Origin: an uncultured Bacillota bacterium
Lineage (GTDB): Bacteria > Bacillota > Clostridia > Christensenellales > UBA1242
DNA length: 60,138 nucleotides
Direction of reading: 5' to 3'
Assembly (NCBI GenBank): GCA_949296805.1
Contig: CASFPO010000027.1
Location: forward strand, 1 to 60,138
Below are positions 37,701-44,890 of this stretch, piece after piece. The notes beneath the pieces are model-generated. The model was not told the DNA's origin and searched no databases. It was given only the letters and a program-made list of their open reading frames with translations. Both the position numbers and the translations under genes were made by a program. Position 1 is the first letter of the stretch, and each line of letters begins with the position of its first letter.

Positions 37701-40210
37701 ACAGTGGCTTTAATGAGTTATTGTATATCGTGCTTGAAGTTATAGGCTTTGACACAACTACTATACCATTCTTATCAGAAATCGACCTTGACCTTGACTT
37801 CTCGATGATTGACACAGATATTGCAAGTCTTGACTTGACCGCAGAAGAGATCATCAACCTAATCAAGATGGTCAAAGAACTTAGCGTGAAAAACTCCGCT
37901 TTGACCATTAAGCTTGATGGCAAGCGGATCTACAACAATCAAAATGCAACAGATATTATAATAACTCTTGCAAGTGAAAACGGTGTAATAAAGAGTTTAT
38001 CCCTTGATAACTGCTTTATTGACAATACTCTTAAGCAAGAAATCAGCGGAGAAATCACTGTAAATCCTACAACAACCTTTAAAAGGGTTGACAAAACTAA
38101 GAACTATATTGATATCTCTGGTGCTAACGAACTTGTTAAAGCTATAGTAAATATGTCAAACGACAAACAATTCCACGTATCAGGCTCCCTTGATGTTGTG
38201 GGAAGTTTGGGCGAATTTGATATTACTTGGAATGTACCTTTTGACTTTTATATCAATGTGGTAGGCAAAGCTGATATTGAGCTGTATGGAGTTATTGGAG
38301 AAATCCCTACAATGCCACTTGTAAACAATGATGTTCCATACAAGCTTGACGATACTGATGCTGGCTCAGACAGATACCTATACATTTACTATCAATCAGA
38401 CTATATCTACCTTTACAGAAGTGAAAATGTCGGTCAATTCTTTGGTTCAGGCAGAACTTATGAAAAATGCACCAAAGTTGCACTCGACGCTTTCTTAGAT
38501 AACATTTTGTATTATGTTCAATATTGCTTTGGGTTTACTGACACAATTATGGAGGCAATAATTGACTCTATGAACAATCCTCGCACAGAGCCGATGGACT
38601 TTGGCAATATTATTAGGTCCTTTACTGCCGTTAATAACAAAAACTTTACCATAAACCTTAATATGTATGAGCTGACTAACAATCCAGACCTTGACAACCT
38701 TGCCATTTCGCTCGGGATTGACCAGACATCTGACGGGCGAAATTATATTAGGAATTTGCAACTTAGTCTTAATATGCCTCTTGCTGATATATTCTCGCTT
38801 ACCCTATCAACTTCTGATACGCAAATCATTGATTATGGCAAGAGCGTCGATATGTCAAAACTCTATGAATTTGTAAATAATTATAAATATGCATCTGAAA
38901 GCGAATGGGAGGCTAGTGATGGCAACTGGTCAATGGTTAGCGAAACCCTTTACACTATCAACTTTGTTACTAATAATGGCACTTCGCTAGAACCTTTGAA
39001 ATATAGCTATAAAGACATTCTTTCATTGCCTGTGCTTGAAGATTATGTGGTTGATAACGGAACAAGCTACACTGCATACACCTTTGTAGGCTGGTTTGAA
39101 GATGAAGCGCTGACAAAAGAGTTTACTGGTACTACAATGCCAAGAGGCGATTTGTCCTTATATGCTAAGTTTGACAAGTTAACCCGCAACTACTACACGC
39201 TTGACTTTGTAACCGATAGCGACCAGACTTTTGATAAGATAACTAAGCTTGAGGGCGAAAGTATTACTCTTCCTACCCCTCATACTAAAGAGGTAACCGA
39301 GGGCACTACCACCTATTACTACAATTTTGCAGGCTGGTACACAAGTTCTAGCTTTGAAGAAAATACCAGCTTTAGTCAAACTACTATGCCTTCTCAAAAT
39401 ATTACCCTTTACGCTAAGTGGGAGTTTGACAGAATAGAAGCCACAAGTGCTGTAAATATTTATGATAACAACGTCTTAGTGGATACTTTAAGGGTTAAGT
39501 CTGGCGACACTATCGACTTTACAAATGCAAATAAAGTGAATGAAGATACCCTATTCTACTATGATGCAAACTACTCTAAGCAGATAACTGATTTTACTAT
39601 GCCAGCTCATGACCTTGATATCCATATCAGAAACCTTTATACAGTGACCTTTACACATCAGTATGACAGCTCTCAAAATGTAACTGCACAGTTCTATCAA
39701 GGTCAGACTATAACTAATCTGCCAGTGCTAGAACAATATATCTATGATGACGGCACGCAGACCGCTCAGCAAACCCTTTCAAACACAGGTTTTGATATTA
39801 CCTCTTATGTAATGCCAAATAGTGATGTAGCCTTTAATGCTACTTGGGAAGTGGTTGACACCAAATATTACTACACCATTACCTTTAACGTACTTGATAA
39901 TGACCTTGGTGTAGGCTTGGATGATAGCCCTTGGAAAGATAACGCAAAACTTTACTATAAAGGCGTAGAGACAACTCAAATGTCTTACCGCTTCCTTGAA
40001 GGAGAAGTTGACCTAAGCGACTTTACAGCAAGATGCAAATATACTACTGGCAAGTGGTTTGTTGTGTATTGGTATTATGTATTCCAAGGCTGGAAAGACG
40101 CAAATGACAATATCATTGAAAACAATATCTATAACTTGACAGGCGATGTGACGATAGAGGCTGACTTCTCATCCTTGCAGAGTGGAGAAGATGGATATAA
40201 TCAAAACTAG
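34781..40210 (+). CDS. giant N-terminally anchored surface protein: six copies of an unassigned ~200-aa module plus C-terminal Listeria-Bacteroides repeats
   Basis: 1809 aa with one N-terminal TM and a periodic module (see findings). The C-terminal region has FVGWFED...LSLYAKF and FAGWYTS...ITLYAKWE repeats. Confidence 0.85.
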   Translation: MRKILKFLSYSLLYMFISVASAYGVITISLNNVSNEQSGSGSQQAPVVIAEEINSIITNFTQAQAIDLEVQASVNTGDLPIAISLGGQVDLSGGFTDIKVDANLNLAIDQTNFDVGLVYQNGYVYFELLNGKFMLATDNLMDTIGQITGLLGVELPDISSLLGNLDFNSILALLSNFEKVENEESVNLVIDMSMLEGLMINLDCSLDYHLLGFSLPEFTLSGTSISASANIDYPESAEISEVTPSQYIDLTDVIEVGVSVIDFFSNEQFAFDLGFTYNDNLQLNGKLYLDTASKSAKLIANYKDYTASILFIDNTIYVEAYNVYLKFDISKTLELCQLLENYLGITLPNELIDSIISWLNGGDFSAVTKNITLPANLQEIDISTIDLGIIESFVLDENGATLVLKDIGQFAITMSEGQFAGVTIDAFDINASLSVIDYTAITKSQSEENYVELSELLPTLDHILALLESDTFTGSANITFGSAENEKKLTVNYTLYKGENPYAMLSTTLFGHELKVTIINGNAYIEVSSTKLVCKLDNLPSLIEKVTAIFSEQKSSSEENTTASEEVITPSDEALQVASQGINGEAEESSLIDMAVLIEFIEKLLDSQTNPLLITGFTKNDNGISLSLLNKLTLTITNSTNAVKLTVGYDNITVDATLEASSQTLTAPTFTDSEFTAVEEVIDSVINIYNYVMEKQFYLSFDAKYQDITLEGGLNYANDELGLSLLVKYSGLEANVMLYQNVVYIEVENIKLKFSLKDIDSVKAFLNDYFQINLDQIINDLIGNTSEATSDSTGDATDSTSDTTGSTSGLLDLFESKFDLEAIIKQISFALTSEKLEVKTLDEKLLATVNLFENMLSSLNLSYQTGTQVEQKLTANIYVEETANTFAPSGDYIDVATLLDYVKMVLDYVNGGQLELGLDLVFDKTAIKGNVQLDMTDTLLLSASVQVGSDDINVNIEDSMLYFDYNGLLLKMDNSGFNELLYIVLEVIGFDTTTIPFLSEIDLDLDFSMIDTDIASLDLTAEEIINLIKMVKELSVKNSALTIKLDGKRIYNNQNATDIIITLASENGVIKSLSLDNCFIDNTLKQEISGEITVNPTTTFKRVDKTKNYIDISGANELVKAIVNMSNDKQFHVSGSLDVVGSLGEFDITWNVPFDFYINVVGKADIELYGVIGEIPTMPLVNNDVPYKLDDTDAGSDRYLYIYYQSDYIYLYRSENVGQFFGSGRTYEKCTKVALDAFLDNILYYVQYCFGFTDTIMEAIIDSMNNPRTEPMDFGNIIRSFTAVNNKNFTINLNMYELTNNPDLDNLAISLGIDQTSDGRNYIRNLQLSLNMPLADIFSLTLSTSDTQIIDYGKSVDMSKLYEFVNNYKYASESEWEASDGNWSMVSETLYTINFVTNNGTSLEPLKYSYKDILSLPVLEDYVVDNGTSYTAYTFVGWFEDEALTKEFTGTTMPRGDLSLYAKFDKLTRNYYTLDFVTDSDQTFDKITKLEGESITLPTPHTKEVTEGTTTYYYNFAGWYTSSSFEENTSFSQTTMPSQNITLYAKWEFDRIEATSAVNIYDNNVLVDTLRVKSGDTIDFTNANKVNEDTLFYYDANYSKQITDFTMPAHDLDIHIRNLYTVTFTHQYDSSQNVTAQFYQGQTITNLPVLEQYIYDDGTQTAQQTLSNTGFDITSYVMPNSDVAFNATWEVVDTKYYYTITFNVLDNDLGVGLDDSPWKDNAKLYYKGVETTQMSYRFLEGEVDLSDFTARCKYTTGKWFVVYWYYVFQGWKDANDNIIENNIYNLTGDVTIEADFSSLQSGEDGYNQN

Positions 40211-40316
40211 TACCAAAAAACTATATAAATAGCAAAGAGCTATGGCTGAAAAAAAAGCCATAGTGAAAAACCAGAAAAGCTGGTAGAAAAAACTAGAAAA
40301 ACTAGTAGAAAAACAA

Positions 40317-40352
40317 AAACACATTAAGTAAAATACGCTTAATGTGTTTTTT
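40317..40352 (+). terminator. intrinsic terminator of the 1809-aa gene
   Basis: 12-bp stem AAACACATTAAG/CTTAATGTGTTT with a 9-nt loop and a T-run to 40352. Confidence 0.85.
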
Positions 40353-40360
40353 GTTAGCCT

Positions 40361-40550
40361 TATGATAAGGTTTTTAATATTTAGATTTAATATTGGAGTA
40401 TGATATTAGGTTTTTAATATTTGGATTTTTAATATTCAAATTTTAATATTGGGGTTTGTTATTGAGGCTTATGATTTGGGTTTTTATAGTATTTAAGTTT
40501 TATATTTGAGTTTTATATTTGAGTTTTATAATAAGTTTTATATTTTTTGC
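40361..40550. repeat. degenerate T-rich tandem repeats in a convergent intergenic region
   Basis: TATGAT..GGTTTTTAATATTT-type units begin at 40361, 40399 and 40470. Four tandem 12-13-nt GTTTTATATTTGA-like units begin at 40497, 40510, 40523 and 40535. Confidence 0.7.
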
Positions 40551-40574
40551 TTAAAAACTGTTTTTAAAAAACCT

Positions 40575-40802
40575 TTATTGAAGATAGCCAAAGGGTTTAA
40601 TACGGTCAGCAGAAAACTCAATAAAAAATATGTTTTTTTGGTTATCCTTTTTAAACCGAACTTTTATGTCACTGTCTAGCAGAATATAGCTTTCTATCAG
40701 TGGTTTTAGCTCTTCTTTTAGTACCTGACAGATATGTTGAGGGTCAGCCATCTTATCATTTGCAAGAATGGTTTTAAGTCTATCTGTTATTCTATAGTCC
40801 AT
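40575..40802 (-). CDS. minE: MinE homolog lacking the N-terminal membrane-targeting segment
   Basis: 75 aa. DRLKTILANDK...LKEELKPLIESYILLDSDIKVRF aligns by eye with clostridial MinE. GGAGG lies 4 nt upstream of the ATG. Confidence 0.75.
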   Translation of the reverse strand: MDYRITDRLKTILANDKMADPQHICQVLKEELKPLIESYILLDSDIKVRFKKDNQKNIFFIEFSADRIKPFGYLQ

Positions 40803-40892
40803 ATTTCCTCCGTATTTATAAAAATTTTGATAAACTTGTTAAGAAAGCAAAGCGTTTATTAACTTTAAAATACTAAATATATCTTTCGATGT

Positions 40893-41684
40893 CTAAATAT
40901 GTTTTTTGAGGTTGCGTTTTATATAGCCCATTAAACCTCGATACTTATAGGTGCAATCAAATATCTTTTTTGAGCCATTATGAATATTTTCGCTAAGCAA
41001 GGTAAAAGCTCTTGCACTCTCAATCGACTGCACTCTTGCTCCTGTTGAGTTTGACAAGCCTATAGCGTCATCTTCTGGGATTACACCAAGGAGCGGGAGA
41101 TTTAAGGCTCTAACGATATTTTCTACCGTCATCATCTGTCCGCTGAGCAAAAGGTCGCCTCTTACACGATTGACTACAAGCCCTTTGTAGCTTATGTCAT
41201 AGTCATTTAATAGACCAATTACCTTGTCGGCATCTCGGATAGAGGATAGATGTGGCGTTACTACTACGATTGCTTCAGTTGCTGGAAAGACTGCACGATG
41301 AAAGCCCGCCTCCACTCCCGCAGGACAATCTATTAAAATATAGTCAAAGCTAGAGTCTAGTTGGTCAATTACATTTTTAATATGCTCGCCAAGGATATTG
41401 GTCTTGCTATAGGCTGAGGAAGAGGGCAGAATATAAAGCGAGGAGATATTTTTATCTTGCACGAGTGCCTGTCTAGGTCGGCATCTGCCCATAATCACAT
41501 CGGTAATATCAAACACTATGCGATTTTCGATATTCATAACAACGTCAAGGTTGTTTAGTCCTATATCTACATCAAGTAGTACCACTCTAAAACCTAGTTT
41601 TGCAAGTTGGATTCCCAAATTTGCACAGACTGTAGTTTTTCCAACCCCGCCCTTGCCACTTGTTAAAACTATTTTTCTTGCCAT
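40893..41684 (-). CDS. minD: septum site-determining ATPase MinD
   Basis: Deviant Walker A SGKGGVGKTT, the DVDIGLNNLD motif and a C-terminal amphipathic helix (GLMGYIKRNLKK). Confidence 0.9.
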   Translation of the reverse strand: MARKIVLTSGKGGVGKTTVCANLGIQLAKLGFRVVLLDVDIGLNNLDVVMNIENRIVFDITDVIMGRCRPRQALVQDKNISSLYILPSSSAYSKTNILGEHIKNVIDQLDSSFDYILIDCPAGVEAGFHRAVFPATEAIVVVTPHLSSIRDADKVIGLLNDYDISYKGLVVNRVRGDLLLSGQMMTVENIVRALNLPLLGVIPEDDAIGLSNSTGARVQSIESARAFTLLSENIHNGSKKIFDCTYKYRGLMGYIKRNLKKHI

Positions 41685-41808
41685 AGCTACACCTCTAGCT
41701 TAATTTTATCAAAAGCAAGCAAATATAAAAAGAGAAGAATTGTCGTATTCTTCCCTTTATTGTCTGTTTTAGTCACAATAACTCTAGCTAAAAATACTAG
41801 CCCTTGAT

Positions 41809-42810
41809 TTATGTATTTTCATACAACTTTTTAAGTAGTTCTGGGTCATCAAGTAGTTTTCCTGCACCTAAGATGGATACATTTTCGCAATCTTCGACAA
41901 GCTTGAAAGGATACTTAAAATTTGTCTTTAAATATCTATCAAGACCTATGATATTACTCATACCGCCAACAAAATGCACGCCGTTATTTATGATATCTGT
42001 GGTAATCTCCGGCGGAAGTGAGGTAATTGTAACATCGATTGCCCGAATTATCTCGTCAAAGAAAGGTTCAAGTACCACAAGCAAGTCATTGGATGAAATA
42101 ATATAAGAGCGAGGCACCTTACTTTCAATATCAATACCTGTCACTTCCATATTTAAAGTATCGTTTGGATAGAGGCTACCCACCTCTTTTTTAAGCATTT
42201 CACTTACGCCAAGTCCGATGACGATACCGTTGTTATAGGCTATGGAGTTTGCTATTGCCACATCGACTGCTCTTCCGCCTAGCCCCAGCGTTGCACCTTT
42301 GATAATCGAGTTCATATTAATTACTGCAATGTCGGTGTTTGCACCGCCAATATTGACCACCATATTTGCCTTTGTAGAGCTTATGTTTTTTCCACAGCCA
42401 ATCAGCGAACAAAGTACAGTCGGCAAAAGCATTACCTCTTTAAAGCCTAGCTCATAGAAAAGATTTAAAAAAACTTCTTTATCTTTTTGCGTAAGTCCGC
42501 AATTAATCAAAACTAAAATAGAATCTCTATTCCTTTTATATTGAAGTTTTGCAAAAAAGTAGTTAAGCAGTGCTTTGGTATATTCATAGTTCTTTATCTG
42601 ACCGTTAGAGACTGGGCTAAACACCTCAGCACTATCGTTTGTTTTGCCCATCATCTTTTTAGCCTCTTGCCCAAAGCCTATAATCTGATAACCTTGTGCA
42701 GTAGGTTCAGCACAAACAAGCGTAGGCTCGCAGAGTGCAAAGCCATTATCTTTAACATAAATTTTTGTGTAAGCACCACCTAATTCTATCGCATACTTGT
42801 ATTTAACCAT
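41809..42810 (-). CDS. divergent MreB-like actin-fold protein
   Basis: 333 aa, collinear with MreB over its whole length. The nucleotide-binding motifs are altered (see findings). Confidence 0.7.
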   Translation of the reverse strand: MVKYKYAIELGGAYTKIYVKDNGFALCEPTLVCAEPTAQGYQIIGFGQEAKKMMGKTNDSAEVFSPVSNGQIKNYEYTKALLNYFFAKLQYKRNRDSILVLINCGLTQKDKEVFLNLFYELGFKEVMLLPTVLCSLIGCGKNISSTKANMVVNIGGANTDIAVINMNSIIKGATLGLGGRAVDVAIANSIAYNNGIVIGLGVSEMLKKEVGSLYPNDTLNMEVTGIDIESKVPRSYIISSNDLLVVLEPFFDEIIRAIDVTITSLPPEITTDIINNGVHFVGGMSNIIGLDRYLKTNFKYPFKLVEDCENVSILGAGKLLDDPELLKKLYENT

Positions 42811-42825
42811 ACCTGGCTCTCCTGA

Positions 42826-44304
42826 CTAAATAATTTGCAAGCTCTTTTTGTATACTTTTTTATAATCTTGAGCTACTTTCATACCCTCAAGTATCTCATA
42901 ACTTGCATCGCCCTCAACTACCGTTTTCATAATGATGGAGTCGCCTAAAATATCACAAACTATATCTTGAACTATTGGCTTTCTTGAAGCGTTTAAGGCT
43001 ACTGCAAGTTTGACTATTATGCCAAGTTTTCTAACGGCATCTAGATCCTCTTCTGTTAAAATATCCTTATATTTTATCCACTCATTAAGTGAAAAATCGT
43101 CTAAATTTTGACATATGCAAATAAAACCTGCTATAAGAAGCTCTCTATGAGTGACGCCTGCAAGGTCTGAAAATACAATTTTGTCAAAGCCATACTTTGA
43201 GTAGTATTCACTATTGATACATTTGCCACAATCGAACATAAAGGAAGCAATTCTTAACGGTTTAACATAAAATCTTGGGAGTTTATGCATTACCTTTAAT
43301 TGTTTAAACAAAATTATTGCCATATTGTATACATATGGATTGATTGAAAACTCATCATTATTAAATTCATAATAATTTTCTAGTGAGTTTGACAACAAGT
43401 CATTAAATTTTTCTTGCACAGCATTTAAAATATTTATTTGAAGCAGTCCTGCCCTTAAGTTTGCGTTTGAGATAGTAACTTCTTTAAGCGACAACGCCTC
43501 ATACAGAGCCTTGATAACAACAAAGCCTGCCACAACCTTATCGGCATTGTCATAGTCGATACCTTTGATTTTTTTAATCTTTTCTATCTCCAAATCCTTG
43601 ACAAAGGCAAAGGTTTTGTGCATATTTTCTTTTGTAAGTAAAAAGTTATTATCAACATCAAGTGGGTAACGCATAATCTTTTTTGCAATTTTGCCAAGCG
43701 AGATAAAGGCATCGCCAAGTCCAACAACTTTGCTCTCGTCGTCAATATCCTTTAAAATGCCGTCAATGACTATCTGTTTTTTAAGCTCTTTGACTTTCTC
43801 GTCAATATCGCCATCGCCTACTGTACAACTCCCAAAAGGTAGAGTTACAGAGCCAAGGATTGCCCGTCTGTTATATTTGACAACATAGCTTGCATATGCC
43901 CCAACATAGACAAATACGCCTTTTGCACTATCTATACTATTGACAACAGCGTTAAAGAGGCTTTTGATATAATCTTCATCATTTAAGATGATAAAGTTTA
44001 AGCCAGTGTTATTAAATATCTCGTCAAGAAATCCTCTATAATTCCTTGCCTTATAAAGCACATTTGTTGTAACTGAGATAATCTTGCTTACCGAATAATT
44101 TTCTATAAGTCTGCGGTAAACTTTTAAAACTTCAATCATTTCATTTTTAGAATTTGGATTTATCAGCTCACTTGTATCAAGTTCTCTGCCCAAAGCAACA
44201 TTTTGCTTTTTGAATAAGGCAAGATAATATTTGCCGTTATTAACTTTGTATATTGATAAATTTAACGCCTTTTCGTTTAGCTCAATTATTGCTATTTTTT
44301 CCAT
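42826..44304 (-). CDS. Ppx/GppA-family-like protein with degenerate motifs
   Basis: 492 aa, collinear by eye with exopolyphosphatase N-terminal ASKHA domains plus a helical HD-like C-domain. The canonical glycine-rich loops are absent. Confidence 0.6.
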   Translation of the reverse strand: MEKIAIIELNEKALNLSIYKVNNGKYYLALFKKQNVALGRELDTSELINPNSKNEMIEVLKVYRRLIENYSVSKIISVTTNVLYKARNYRGFLDEIFNNTGLNFIILNDEDYIKSLFNAVVNSIDSAKGVFVYVGAYASYVVKYNRRAILGSVTLPFGSCTVGDGDIDEKVKELKKQIVIDGILKDIDDESKVVGLGDAFISLGKIAKKIMRYPLDVDNNFLLTKENMHKTFAFVKDLEIEKIKKIKGIDYDNADKVVAGFVVIKALYEALSLKEVTISNANLRAGLLQINILNAVQEKFNDLLSNSLENYYEFNNDEFSINPYVYNMAIILFKQLKVMHKLPRFYVKPLRIASFMFDCGKCINSEYYSKYGFDKIVFSDLAGVTHRELLIAGFICICQNLDDFSLNEWIKYKDILTEEDLDAVRKLGIIVKLAVALNASRKPIVQDIVCDILGDSIIMKTVVEGDASYEILEGMKVAQDYKKVYKKSLQII

Positions 44305-44479
44305 TCTTACTCCTATTTAAATCTATAGCCTCAACTGGACAGCTTGCTTGACAAGCTCCACATCTAATACAGATTTTTGTATCAATCTCTGCCTTGCCTG
44401 CGTCATTAAATTTTATTGCACCAACAGGGCAAATTGCTACGCAAGTTCCACAGCCTATACACTTGTTTTGGTCTACCAT
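44282..44479 (-). CDS. 2x[4Fe-4S] ferredoxin
   Basis: 65 aa with CIGCGTCVAICP and CIRCGACQASCP motifs. The 3' end overlaps the next ORF by 23 nt. Confidence 0.8.
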   Translation of the reverse strand: MVDQNKCIGCGTCVAICPVGAIKFNDAGKAEIDTKICIRCGACQASCPVEAIDLNRSKNGKNSNN

Positions 44480-44527
44480 TTTTATCCTCCGCTAGCATAT
44501 TTTATCATATTTTTCAAAGAATGTAAA

Positions 44528-44890
44528 CTATTTTTTTATTACTTTTATAACTTGAGCTATAGATAATAGGCACAAAAACACACCAAACGCCATTCTTAAC
44601 ACCTTGTTTGGCAGATAGCCCGCCAAAAACGAGCCAAAAATTGAAAAAATCACACCACCGATGATAAGGTAAATCAGTCCTCTAGTTTTTACATAGCCAT
44701 TTTTAAAATGAATGATAAGAGCAAATATCGCCATAACGACAAAGGAGACTAGATTTATACCTTGGCTCAGTTTTTGCTCAAAGCCCAAAAAGATTGTCAG
44801 CAGTGGTATTAAAAGTGTTCCGCCACCCATTCCAAGTCCGCCGAGCACTCCTGCAATTAAACCAAACAAAATATTTAAAAAGATGTTCAT
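44528..44890 (-). CDS. TSUP (TauE/SafE) transporter, C-terminal half-size subunit
   Basis: True start is MNIFLNILFG at 44890. The first 89 codons of the 209-aa track ORF are an out-of-frame read of the upstream gene. Contains the GLGMGGGTLLIPLL motif. Confidence 0.7.
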   Translation of the reverse strand: MNIFLNILFGLIAGVLGGLGMGGGTLLIPLLTIFLGFEQKLSQGINLVSFVVMAIFALIIHFKNGYVKTRGLIYLIIGGVIFSIFGSFLAGYLPNKVLRMAFGVFLCLLSIAQVIKVIKK

